A stretch of 64,000 nt of DNA from positions 42 through 64,041 of the forward strand of contig JABWBM010000011.1 of NCBI GenBank assembly GCA_013360495.1. Reading direction: 5' to 3'. Source of the DNA: Planctomycetaceae bacterium. GTDB lineage: Bacteria; Planctomycetota; UBA8742; UBA2392; JABWBM01. Positions 1 to 9,039 of the stretch are shown in pieces. Positions within the stretch are counted from its first letter, which is position 1. Each line of letters starts with the position of its first letter. A program made the position numbers and the translations under genes. The notes beneath the pieces are model-generated. The model made no database searches. It saw only the letters and a program-made list of their open reading frames with translations, and had not been told where the DNA came from.

Positions 1-11
1 GGCCCTCGACA

Positions 12-1262
12 GTGATCCTTGCTCTGACCTTGCTGGCGTCGGGATCGTCGGCGCTCAGGCGGCTCGCCCTCAACGTGCTCGCCCGCTGCGAACGGGAGGA
101 TGACACCGCCCTGATGATCGAGGCTCTCCGCTACGCTGGGCCGGATGTCACGGGCCGCATCGTGCGTCGCATGAAGACGATTCCCTGGATGCGCGCGGTG
201 CAGGACTCCCTTGAACAAGTGGGTGAGGAGAGCGTCGTTGCCTGGGTTGAAGCTCTGGTGAGCTCATCCACCAACGGCGACATTGGCAAGAAGCTGCTCT
301 TGCTGCGCCGTTGCATCGCTATCAAGAGCGAACTCGTCGCCAAGACCGTGATCGGCGCGATGACGCAGCACTATTCGTCGCTTGTCCGCCCTGTGCTGAT
401 GGAACTGCGCGAGCACCCCTACGAGCCGGTGCGCTACTATGCGCTTGCTGCGCTGAGCCGCACGAGCTTCGATGGCAAGCATACGATCCTTAAGGAACAG
501 CTTGGCAGCGATTCCGCCCGTATCCGCGCGCTCGCCGCCAACGCCATCGTCACCAACCAGTTCGACGAACTTTTCGCCCGCTTCGACGCGATGAGCGAGG
601 AGCGCCGGCGCGAGAGCACAAGTCTGATCAAGCGCATCGACCCGATGCTCTTCGACAAGCTCTCCGAACGCCTCAACTCCCGCGACGTCGAGGAGCGCCT
701 GAAGGTTCTGCGCATCCTCACGTATACCGGCGTCGACGAAAAGATCGAAGAAGACCTGATCCGCGCCGCCGAGGATGCCAATAGCCGCGTGCGCGCGAGC
801 GTTCCTTATATCTTGGGGCGCGTGGCGTCGCCGGATGCGGCGCGTTCCGTCTTGATGCTGCTCAAAGATTTCGACATGCGCGTGCGCGCCAACGCCGTCG
901 AGGGAATCGAGCTGACCGGCAGGAGCGCATTCGCGAAGGTCCTCGTCCCCTTCCTCGGCAGCGGTATCGCCCGCGTACGCGCCAACGCCGCCAAGGCGAT
1001 GTTCACGCTGGGGAGCCAGCGCGCGCAGGCGATTCTCGACGCCATGGCCATTTCCCGTCAGGAAGACATGCGTCTTGCGGCCGTATGGGCGCTGACCCGC
1101 ATCGGCAGCGAGCAGACGGTGGAAAACGCGCTCGAAACCGCGTTGCGCGAACGCAACCAAATCTTGCAGCGCCGCATGATGGCCTTTATCGAGCTTGCGC
1201 AGGAATTGCGCCGCGAGCAAGAGAAACGCGCCGCTTCCCGTCGTCTCCGGGTCGTAGCATAG
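12..1262 (+). CDS. HEAT/PBS-lyase repeat protein (probably 5' truncated by the window edge)
   Basis: Repeated ~30-aa motifs (RVRANAVEGIELTG, RVRANAAKAM, RLAAVWALTRIG, ARIRALAANAI). The frame is open back to base 3 with no upstream stop. Confidence 0.55.
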   Translation: MILALTLLASGSSALRRLALNVLARCEREDDTALMIEALRYAGPDVTGRIVRRMKTIPWMRAVQDSLEQVGEESVVAWVEALVSSSTNGDIGKKLLLLRRCIAIKSELVAKTVIGAMTQHYSSLVRPVLMELREHPYEPVRYYALAALSRTSFDGKHTILKEQLGSDSARIRALAANAIVTNQFDELFARFDAMSEERRRESTSLIKRIDPMLFDKLSERLNSRDVEERLKVLRILTYTGVDEKIEEDLIRAAEDANSRVRASVPYILGRVASPDAARSVLMLLKDFDMRVRANAVEGIELTGRSAFAKVLVPFLGSGIARVRANAAKAMFTLGSQRAQAILDAMAISRQEDMRLAAVWALTRIGSEQTVENALETALRERNQILQRRMMAFIELAQELRREQEKRAASRRLRVVA

Positions 1263-1271
1263 CCGTATACA

Positions 1272-4049
1272 TTGTCATCGCGGATGGAGCCGCCCGCCAT
1301 GTCCGCATCCTTCCGCGTCAAACTTCTCTACCTCGCCGCCGGGTTCGGCATCGTGTTATTGCTTCTGCTTGGCCGGCTTTACACCATGCAGGTGGTGAAC
1401 GCCGCGAGCTACCGCAACAAGGCCGAGGGTACAACCTATCGTCATGAACTGCTCTTCCCGCCGCGCGCTCCGATTGTCGATCTTCATGGCCGCGTGATCG
1501 CCTCGAACGAATCGGTGTGGGATTGCTCCATCGATCTGTATGAAATGACGCGGCAGGAGGCGTTGCTGGCTCGCGCGCGCCGCTCGCCCGAGAGTTACCC
1601 GCCGCTTGAGGAGGTGCTTGCCTACTATCAAGCGGCGATGGCGATCAAGGAGTCGCAGGACGTCTCCACGCCTCGCAGCGCGCGCAGGTTCTTTGCCCGC
1701 TGGCAACTCCGGCAGCATCCCGTCGCGCAACACGATTTCGCGCAGATGACGGCGCAGCTTGCGGGCATTCTTGGCGTCGACGAGACGGCGTTACGCGCAC
1801 AGTTCGCGTTGGTGAATGACGAAGTTGACACCATAGCCGCCACGGTGGGGGACTGGCGTTCGGCGTCACGCGGTGCGATTCAAAACGCCTACAACGAAGC
1901 GCGCACAGCGTTGCGCGATCCCGAGTATTGGGAGCGGATTCGTCGGTTTCCAAAATCCATTATGCTCGAACCGCTGCTGGTGCGGCGGCTCGAACTCTCG
2001 AAGCAACGTTCGGACATCATCGAAGCCCTCGCCGACAACATCGACGACCACCCGGAGCTTGCTCTCGACCTCTTGATGAACGCTTCGACGGCATTTGAAA
2101 CGAAATACACGGAAGCCAAAGCAAAGTTTGAACAGTTCAACGAAAGCGACGAAGGGCTGGAGGCCCAGCTTCTCCGCGAGGATGAAACATTCTGGTCGGG
2201 CATGTGCCGCGACGCGGGTGTCTGGCTTGCCATGGCCGAGAAGCCAGATCAGCTCCACGAAGACCTTGAGCGGCGACTCGAGCAGGATGACGAACGATCC
2301 ACGATCGAAAATCGCTTGCTCCGTCTGCGCGAGAAGACGCTTGTTCCCTACATCGATGCTTACCAGTCCCGCTGGATTCACTACCTGACGCCGGGCGTGG
2401 ACGGACAGCCGCGCTTGAGCGGCAATCCATTGCGCCTTGCGCGCAAGGTTGACCGCATGGTTGTCGAGGCGCTCGCGTGCCACGACGAAGAACTGCCCGG
2501 CGTGCGTTGCGAGTCCCGCCCCGAACGCCTCTATGGTGAGTCGCATCTTTTTGCCCATGTGCTCGGCGGCTTGACCCAGCCTGACGAAGAGCGTCTACGG
2601 GAAATATTCGCCACGGGTCAGGCAGGCGTGAATCTTGGCGACATGATCGAACGCTGGTTCGACGGCGACCTCGAACATTTTCAGGACGCGTTTCGCGGCA
2701 GCCTTGCGCGGCAGATGGTGGGGGCCGCCGGTATCGAGCGTATGTACGACCTCGGCCTCGCGGGCAGTCCCGGCGCGCGCGTGGTCTATGCCGACGCACG
2801 AGGCGACGTGCGCGAAGTGACCTTCGAGCGCGATCCATTGGCCGCTGAGGCGTTGCGGCTCACGCTCGACATCGACTTGCAACGCTTTGCCATGGAGCGC
2901 ATTGCGGCGTGGGAGCCGAAGCTGAAGCAAGCAGCAGTGGACGGGCGGCCTCAGAAGGAAACATGGAAAACCGTCGGCAAAGACCAATGGAGTCTGCGCG
3001 GCGCGTTCGTGATGATCGATGTGAAGACCGGCGCGGTGCTGGCGCTCGTTAACTTCCCGAGCTACGACCCCGAACTGTTGCGCGCGCCGACGCCGGAAGG
3101 GGAGGCATACCGGCAGCGCGTCCTTCGCGGCGACGACGATTTACCGAAGAGCCAGTATTGGCTTAAACGCGCGCCGATGCTCAATCGTGCCGTCAGTGGC
3201 CGCTATGCACCGGGATCGACATTCAAGATTCTCACCGCCATCTCCATGCTCGAGCAGGGCGTGATCAATGCGACCAGTGAGTTCGACGAGGGGACAGGGG
3301 CGCAAGTTTTGGTGGGGGATAAGAAGACTTTTAAGTTGCGCACATCCCACGGCGCGGGCTTCGACCTCGACATCATCGACGCCATCGCCCGCAGCTCCAA
3401 CGGCTTCTTTTGGCACTTTTCCGAATACATGCCGGGCAACTCGCCCTATGAACGTTATGCCGGGACATTGCTGCCTTGGGCGCATGTCTTCGGTTTCGAT
3501 CATGCGCCGGGCATTGATCTTCCCTCGCAGACCTCCGGCCATCTTCCCGCGCCGACGCCGCGCGAGGTTCCGGGGGGCGGCGAACTTGCCCAGTTGTGCA
3601 TCGGCCAATACCGCAACCTTGCGAGTCCTTTGCAAGTAGCGCGCTTCATGGCCGCCGTGGCAAGCAAGGGGCGCCTAATGACGCCGCGCTTGGCCGCCGA
3701 TGGAAAGACTGATGGTGTGTACGTCAAGGTCAGCGACGAAACATGGCGGCTGGTGCACGAGGGTATGAGGCAATGCGTGTTCGATAGGGATGGAACGGCC
3801 CATAGCAGGGGGCCTCTTTGCCAAGAGCTCAAAGTTGCTGGAAAGACAGGAACCTCTCAAAACGGAAAGTTCATGGCCGCCGATGGGAATCTCCACGACA
3901 TTCCCGACCATGCATGGTTTGCGGGATTTGCGCCCTATGACAAGCCGGAGGTCGCGTTCGTGATGCTGGCGGAGTACAGTGGGTTGTGGGGCGGCGACGT
4001 GGCCGACCTCGCGGCGGAGATTGTGAAGTACCATCTGGAACGCAAGTGA
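1272..4049 (+). CDS. penicillin-binding protein 2-family transpeptidase, extended to 925 aa
   Basis: N-terminal TM helix and SxxK active-site motif (GSTFKILTA) with a C-terminal transpeptidase fold. A ~300-aa charged helical insertion sits between the TM anchor and the catalytic module. Confidence 0.8.
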   Translation: MSSRMEPPAMSASFRVKLLYLAAGFGIVLLLLLGRLYTMQVVNAASYRNKAEGTTYRHELLFPPRAPIVDLHGRVIASNESVWDCSIDLYEMTRQEALLARARRSPESYPPLEEVLAYYQAAMAIKESQDVSTPRSARRFFARWQLRQHPVAQHDFAQMTAQLAGILGVDETALRAQFALVNDEVDTIAATVGDWRSASRGAIQNAYNEARTALRDPEYWERIRRFPKSIMLEPLLVRRLELSKQRSDIIEALADNIDDHPELALDLLMNASTAFETKYTEAKAKFEQFNESDEGLEAQLLREDETFWSGMCRDAGVWLAMAEKPDQLHEDLERRLEQDDERSTIENRLLRLREKTLVPYIDAYQSRWIHYLTPGVDGQPRLSGNPLRLARKVDRMVVEALACHDEELPGVRCESRPERLYGESHLFAHVLGGLTQPDEERLREIFATGQAGVNLGDMIERWFDGDLEHFQDAFRGSLARQMVGAAGIERMYDLGLAGSPGARVVYADARGDVREVTFERDPLAAEALRLTLDIDLQRFAMERIAAWEPKLKQAAVDGRPQKETWKTVGKDQWSLRGAFVMIDVKTGAVLALVNFPSYDPELLRAPTPEGEAYRQRVLRGDDDLPKSQYWLKRAPMLNRAVSGRYAPGSTFKILTAISMLEQGVINATSEFDEGTGAQVLVGDKKTFKLRTSHGAGFDLDIIDAIARSSNGFFWHFSEYMPGNSPYERYAGTLLPWAHVFGFDHAPGIDLPSQTSGHLPAPTPREVPGGGELAQLCIGQYRNLASPLQVARFMAAVASKGRLMTPRLAADGKTDGVYVKVSDETWRLVHEGMRQCVFDRDGTAHSRGPLCQELKVAGKTGTSQNGKFMAADGNLHDIPDHAWFAGFAPYDKPEVAFVMLAEYSGLWGGDVADLAAEIVKYHLERK

Positions 4050-4111
4050 AGAAGATAGATAGCGTACCCGTGATGTCATGCCCGCGCAGGCGGGTAATGA
4101 CTTTGTTTCTT

Positions 4112-4197
4112 GACGTAGCGTCACGCCTATGGCGTGACGTCTTCGCCCCATTCTCAATATCGCTTACAAGACGTCACGGCATAGCCGTGACGCTACA
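4112..4197. repeat. MITE-like palindromic element, family C (TGTAGCGTCACG hairpin pair)
   Basis: gacgtagcgtcacgcctatggcgtgacgtcttc ... aagacgtcacggcatagccgtgacgctaca. The two hairpins lie in inverted orientation and the family recurs 8 times in the window. Confidence 0.8.
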
Positions 4198-4251
4198 AGA
4201 CTCCGTCCGCTTATCGTATGGTGTCACGCAACAAGGGATAGGTGACGCTGA

Positions 4252-5037
4252 ATGACTGAACTGCGGTTCACCAGTACGGACGGCCCGAAGCTCAAGAAGG
4301 CGCTCGCGCTCAAAGGCGTGACGCTTGCCGTTGATCTTCCGGAAGAACTAAGCGCCACACTTGGCATCAAGCGCGAGCACATTCTTGACCGCAACCAGTG
4401 GCGCGAATGGCTGCCGAAGTTCTCGAAGTCTAAGGCTCTCCTGATCTGGATCGGCGGCCGCCGCGATGATGACCAACAGTTTTTCGAGGCGCTGGCGGCA
4501 CACTTGCCCGTCGATGCGGCGCTCTGGAGTTTTCACGCTATGGGCGCGCTGATCACCGATCGCATGACGGGTGACGCGGTGCAGTTACTCCTGGTGAGCG
4601 CAGGTCTCCTTGACAAAGAATGTGTCAACATCGGTCACGGCTACTACGCGCGGCGATTTGTCCGGGCGCGGGGAAGTAAACCGCGTTCGACCGCCAAGGT
4701 TGAGCCGGAAACGGCCGCGCCGGATCCGAGCGCCGATGTCACCCGGCGCGACACGATCCGCATGCAGAAGGTGCGCGAAGCGCTGCAGTTCTCTCAAGCT
4801 TCCGCCACGGCATCATCCATGCAATCGGCCCTTGATGGCTTCGGCAAGCCGCGCAAGACGACGCGCGTGGTCAAGCCCGCGAAGGTCACGACCAAGCACA
4901 TCACCAAGCCAACGGCCAAACATCCCACCTCGAAAAAAACGGCTTCCGTGAAGAAAACTGCCTCTGTTTCAAAGAAGGCCGCCACTGCAAAGTCAAAGAA
5001 GTTCGGTCGCGCAACATCGGCCAGGCGCAAACGATAA
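4252..5037 (+). CDS. hypothetical protein with lysine/alanine-rich histone H1-like C-terminal tail
   Basis: The last ~60 aa read KPAKVTTKHITKPTAKHPTSKKTASVKKTASVSKKAATAKSKK. The N-terminal domain is unrecognised. Confidence 0.5.
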   Translation: MTELRFTSTDGPKLKKALALKGVTLAVDLPEELSATLGIKREHILDRNQWREWLPKFSKSKALLIWIGGRRDDDQQFFEALAAHLPVDAALWSFHAMGALITDRMTGDAVQLLLVSAGLLDKECVNIGHGYYARRFVRARGSKPRSTAKVEPETAAPDPSADVTRRDTIRMQKVREALQFSQASATASSMQSALDGFGKPRKTTRVVKPAKVTTKHITKPTAKHPTSKKTASVKKTASVSKKAATAKSKKFGRATSARRKR

Positions 5038-5088
5038 CGGGCCGCGTTGTCGCGGCCCGTTATTCGAGTTGAGCAGTGCTTTTTGTCG

Positions 5089-6996
5089 CTATTTCACGGT
5101 ATCGCCTGGTGTTCCGCCGATAGTCTTCAACAGATGCCACGCCTGTCTTTTCGCAATCGCTTCAGGTGAATCTCCCATGCCGATATTTCCGGTGCCTCCA
5201 ATGTTCATTTCGACGTGAATCGCTCGTTTGCTTCTCGGGAGCACGATCATGGCATAGGGTTCTCCCTTATCCAGCTCTTCATTAGGGTCGTTCCCCGACT
5301 GCCACGTCTTGATTGGGTCGAGACGCACGACCGTGGACGAATCGTTTTCAACCACCTCCTCTAGATTGAATCCGTAATAGTGCATGGATTCAAAGAGACC
5401 GTAGACAACGATCACATCGTGGGTGTCGAAGTTGAGACCACCCTTGATGAATTTGTCGCCATAAGGGTCGATGTTGTCCTCCTTGAGCGCCTCGCCCCAG
5501 TCGGTGTCGAACTGGCGCTTGACCTGATCTGTTCTGTCGCCTACGGTTTGCACGCGTTCATCGACGGAGTAATAACGAATAAGGTTTTTGACGACATTTC
5601 CGGATTGGTCTTTCACTTGTCCGTCGTAAGCGGCCCCTCCGTCGAGGAGTGAGGTATAAGCGGCGGTCTCCGGAAGATAATGCTCAACCTGAATGATATT
5701 TTCCTTGAACCATTTGGGGTTGCGTGCCACGCCGATGGAGAGGGTTCCAAGATATTTCCAGGAATCGAGAATGCCTTCTTTGGTGAGATCGATTCGTGAC
5801 TTTCCCGGAACTGCCATCGTGCGAAGCTGATATTCCACCCTCACCTTGCCCGGCTGCGGCGCATCGGCGGCAGGCACCACGAAGCATCCATAGAGGGTCC
5901 GTGACATGGCATCGTCAAATGGTCCTCGTTTCTTTGCGTCACCGGCGGTGACCGGGTCACGCCACAGAATCGTTTCGCCCTTGGACGTCACGGGCTTGCA
6001 GCGCAGGACGCAGGCTATATCGTCGGAAGTACGGACCTCACGATAGATCGCCTCGAGCTCGATGCCCGCGCCGGTGTCATCGCCGGCATCCGTCGGCTCC
6101 ATGTATTCTACGCGGTCGATGACCGCGATGACGGCATACTTGGTGAAGTCAATGTTTGGCGTTCCCAAGTCGGCTCTTTTTGAACGCTGCTTTTCAATCT
6201 CCCAGAGTTTGTCCCAAAAGGCCTCCCAAGCGTTCGCGTCAACAATGAGTTGTGCGGACGGAGCGAAAGTCTCCGTCATCGTCGTTCCCGACTGCTTGTC
6301 GAATACGTTTTCGATCACCTCGAACGATTCCGCCCAGGTCTTCGCGGCAACCCCATCGGACGGAACTTCACCCGCCACGCCGTCCTGCGCCGTATAAGTG
6401 ACGCCGTTGCATACGAACGACCCCGACAGCGCGATCAATGCCACGCTGCCTGTATTGATCCATCGCTTTGTATTGCCGAGCATTGTTCTTTCCTCCTGTG
6501 TCAGTGTTGTATCGAACCATTCTGCGGCCGCTTCGAGCGCCGCCCTGTCCGGAACGCCACCGGCTCTCGCCAACACCTTCCCGCGCACGGATTCGACGTG
6601 GCCATTGTCTGTCCGCAGCAAGGGAGAGGCGCTATCAATCAAAAGCCAGCCTTCCAAAAGCTTGATCTCATTGTTCTCGATCTCATACCGGGCTTCGAAC
6701 GAGACGGGTTTCTGATGACGCTCCGGCCCGAGAACGATCAACATAAGACCGATCACCACGCTCGCTGCCGCCGTGGCGATGCCGATCCAGCGGGGACGGG
6801 GGTGCGCGATAATCTTTCCCTTACCCCGCTCCTCTCCGTGAGAGGGAGAAAGGGATCGCGCCGTGACCGCAGCAACGATGCGACCGCTCAAATCCGGAGG
6901 CGATTCTTTGCCGTGGAAGTCGCGCAGCGCGAAGTCCAGCAGTGTATCGGTGTAGTGGTCGCGGTCTGTCATTGTTCCAGCCTCGCTTCGATGCAC
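5089..6996 (-). CDS. putative membrane-spanning anti-sigma factor with large extracytoplasmic domain
   Basis: Short cytoplasmic N-terminus and a single TM (WIGIATAAASVVIGLMLIVLG). It overlaps the upstream ECF sigma gene by 28 bp. GC content is lower than neighbouring genes. Confidence 0.45.
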   Translation of the reverse strand: MHRSEAGTMTDRDHYTDTLLDFALRDFHGKESPPDLSGRIVAAVTARSLSPSHGEERGKGKIIAHPRPRWIGIATAAASVVIGLMLIVLGPERHQKPVSFEARYEIENNEIKLLEGWLLIDSASPLLRTDNGHVESVRGKVLARAGGVPDRAALEAAAEWFDTTLTQEERTMLGNTKRWINTGSVALIALSGSFVCNGVTYTAQDGVAGEVPSDGVAAKTWAESFEVIENVFDKQSGTTMTETFAPSAQLIVDANAWEAFWDKLWEIEKQRSKRADLGTPNIDFTKYAVIAVIDRVEYMEPTDAGDDTGAGIELEAIYREVRTSDDIACVLRCKPVTSKGETILWRDPVTAGDAKKRGPFDDAMSRTLYGCFVVPAADAPQPGKVRVEYQLRTMAVPGKSRIDLTKEGILDSWKYLGTLSIGVARNPKWFKENIIQVEHYLPETAAYTSLLDGGAAYDGQVKDQSGNVVKNLIRYYSVDERVQTVGDRTDQVKRQFDTDWGEALKEDNIDPYGDKFIKGGLNFDTHDVIVVYGLFESMHYYGFNLEEVVENDSSTVVRLDPIKTWQSGNDPNEELDKGEPYAMIVLPRSKRAIHVEMNIGGTGNIGMGDSPEAIAKRQAWHLLKTIGGTPGDTVK

Positions 6997-7493
6997 TCGC
7001 GCAGTTTCTTGCGTAGCCGCGCGAAGTGGGTCTTAACGCTGTCCTCGGTCATATCGAGGGAACGGGCGACCTCTGCAAGTGACCGTTCATCGTTGTATTT
7101 GAGCCGCACTGCGTTCCTGTCGCGTGGTTCGAGCGTGTCGAGGCAGTGCTCAAGCGCGCCAAGATATTCGGTTCGTGCTGCTGCCTCGTAATAACGCGCC
7201 CAGACGTCATCGGCGATCTCGACGGCAGCTTCGTCGAGCGTGGTTCCCCGATTCTCGCGGCGCAGGCGATTGAGCCATGCGAAGCGAGCGGCTTTGCGCA
7301 GGTAGGCAGCGGTTTCCGGTTCGCTGCGCTGGACGAAGCCGCCTTCGATGACACTCACGAAGGCTTCTTGCGTCAGGTCGTCTGCCATTGCCGGTTCACA
7401 ACCCAAATAGCGCAGATAGCGCCAGACGCCGTGCTGGTGGTCGCGGATCAGGTGTTCGAGCGTTTCGTTGTTCACGGTGCTGACCATCATCAT
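6969..7493 (-). CDS. RNA polymerase ECF-type sigma-70 factor
   Basis: Region 2 (DDLTQEAFVSVIEG, ARFAWLNRLRRE) and region 4 HTH (SLAEVARSLDMTEDSVKTHFARLRKKLRE). Confidence 0.8.
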   Translation of the reverse strand: MMMVSTVNNETLEHLIRDHQHGVWRYLRYLGCEPAMADDLTQEAFVSVIEGGFVQRSEPETAAYLRKAARFAWLNRLRRENRGTTLDEAAVEIADDVWARYYEAAARTEYLGALEHCLDTLEPRDRNAVRLKYNDERSLAEVARSLDMTEDSVKTHFARLRKKLRECIEARLEQ

Positions 7494-7565
7494 CGCTTGA
7501 AAGCGCAGGAATCGCCAAGGTAAGCAGGAAAAATGAGAAAAATGTGGGGAAGAGCCACGTCGCGC

Positions 7566-7643
7566 GTCATGCCGACGAAAGTCGGCATCCAGCTACAATC
7601 AGATTTCTCGTCGCATCTGGATCCCCGCTTTCGCGGGGATGAC
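7566..7643. repeat. MITE-like element family A (forward hairpin, 24-nt spacer, reverse hairpin)
   Basis: gtcatgccgacgaaagtcggcatccag ... ctggatccccgctttcgcggggatgac. Confidence 0.85.
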
Positions 7644-7662
7644 GCCGCAGCAAGCTGCGGCG

Positions 7663-9039
7663 TCACTTACCGATGCAAAACTTGGCGAAGATGTGGTCGA
7701 GGACATCCGCCGAGGCTCCGTGGCCAAAGGCTTCGCGTATGGCGGAGAGCGCCGATCGGGCGAGGTCACTGACCACTTCGATGGGGGCGCCGCGATCCAA
7801 TTCCGAAACGGCTTCCTCCAGACGTGAGGCTGCCTCGGTAATCAGGGCTCCTTGGCGGGCGGATACAGCAGTAGTCTCCGGCGCGAGGGAGCGTTTGACG
7901 AGGGAAGTGATTCGGGACTTGAGCTCGGCGATGCCGTCGTTGGTGAGCGCGCTGACGGAGAGGGACGGATAGTCGCAGAATGGCTCTGGTAGGGGACTGG
8001 AGTTTGCGCACAGGTCGCGCTTGGTACGCACGATCAACGTACGATCATTTGTAAGATATGAGGCATTCCGGTGAAGGGGAGAATCAAAATGTAAGCAATC
8101 AAAGACTGGATTCCCGCCTTCGCGGGAATGACATGCCTTACTATCGATCACGAGTAACACAACATCGGCGCGATCCTGTTGTTCGTGGGTGGATTCAAGG
8201 GCGTGATTCTCGATCATATCGGCCGCCTGCTTCATGCCGGCGGTGTCCACGAGTTCCACGGCAATGCCGCCAAGATCGGCGGTTTCCAGCACGGCGTCGC
8301 GCGTGGTTCCGGCCTCATCGCTCACGATGGCACGCTCGCGCCCAAGGAGCGCATTGAAGAGCGTTGACTTTCCCGCGTTGGCCGGGCCGATGAGAACGAC
8401 CGACGGTTTCGCGTGGCCGGCGTGGCGCGGCGCTTCCGTGAACCGCCGCAGATGGTCAAGGGCCGCGCGCGCCATGTCCTTGAATCGGTCAAGCAATGCC
8501 TGTTCCGCCGCCTCCTCGTCAAAGTCAAAGCTCAGCTCGAACTGCGCGCACAGTGACTCAAGTTCGCTGACCAAGCGCTGGCCTTCTCGGGAGAGCGCCC
8601 CGTCCAGTACCGCGGAAAACCTGCGGGCATCTTCCTTGCCGCTGCTCGACACCAGTGCCATCACCGCTTCGGCTTGCGAGAGGTCGAGCACTCCGTTGAG
8701 ATAAGCGCGTTTACTGAACTCGCCCGGATCGGCCATGCGCGCACCGGCCTTGCACAGCTCACGCAGCACGGCGTCCACCAGCAATGGCGAGCCCGACAGG
8801 TGAATCTCCACGCAGTCTTCGCCGGTGGCGGAGTGCGGCGCTGGGGATATCCAGAGTTGTGCAGGACAAGCGCCTGCGGAAAGTTTGAGCCGTGTGCGAA
8901 CGATAGAACGCTTGGATTCAATAGATGCATCGGGGCAGAGCTTTCGCACGATCCCGATTGCCTCGTCGCCGCTCACGCGAATGGCCGCGCGGACTGCGGG
9001 AACAAGCGGCGTGGCTGGCGCGAAGATGGTTTCGGTCAC
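7663..9039 (-). CDS. mnmE: tRNA modification GTPase MnmE
   Basis: G1 motif GPANAGKSTLFNAL, G2/G3 DEAGTTRD..DTAG, and the C-terminal CIGK tetrapeptide. The gene overlaps yidC by 4 bp as in the classical arrangement. It carries an in-frame repeat insertion (next feature). Confidence 0.9.
   Translation of the reverse strand: MTETIFAPATPLVPAVRAAIRVSGDEAIGIVRKLCPDASIESKRSIVRTRLKLSAGACPAQLWISPAPHSATGEDCVEIHLSGSPLLVDAVLRELCKAGARMADPGEFSKRAYLNGVLDLSQAEAVMALVSSSGKEDARRFSAVLDGALSREGQRLVSELESLCAQFELSFDFDEEAAEQALLDRFKDMARAALDHLRRFTEAPRHAGHAKPSVVLIGPANAGKSTLFNALLGRERAIVSDEAGTTRDAVLETADLGGIAVELVDTAGMKQAADMIENHALESTHEQQDRADVVLLVIDSKACHSREGGNPVFDCLHFDSPLHRNASYLTNDRTLIVRTKRDLCANSSPLPEPFCDYPSLSVSALTNDGIAELKSRITSLVKRSLAPETTAVSARQGALITEAASRLEEAVSELDRGAPIEVVSDLARSALSAIREAFGHGASADVLDHIFAKFCIGK
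8062..8132. repeat. MITE family A copy embedded in-frame inside mnmE
   Basis: ggcattccggtgaaggggagaatc (degenerate unit) plus a 20-nt spacer plus ctggattcccgccttcgcgggaatgac. It is translated as CHSREGGNPVFDCLHFDSPLHRNASYLTND between the G3 and G4 (TKRD) motifs. Confidence 0.8.

Noticed and set aside
264-1220. 318-aa minus-strand ORF inside the HEAT-repeat gene
   Set aside because: Arg/Ala-rich antisense ORF typical of high-GC DNA. The plus-strand ORF has clear HEAT repeat periodicity.
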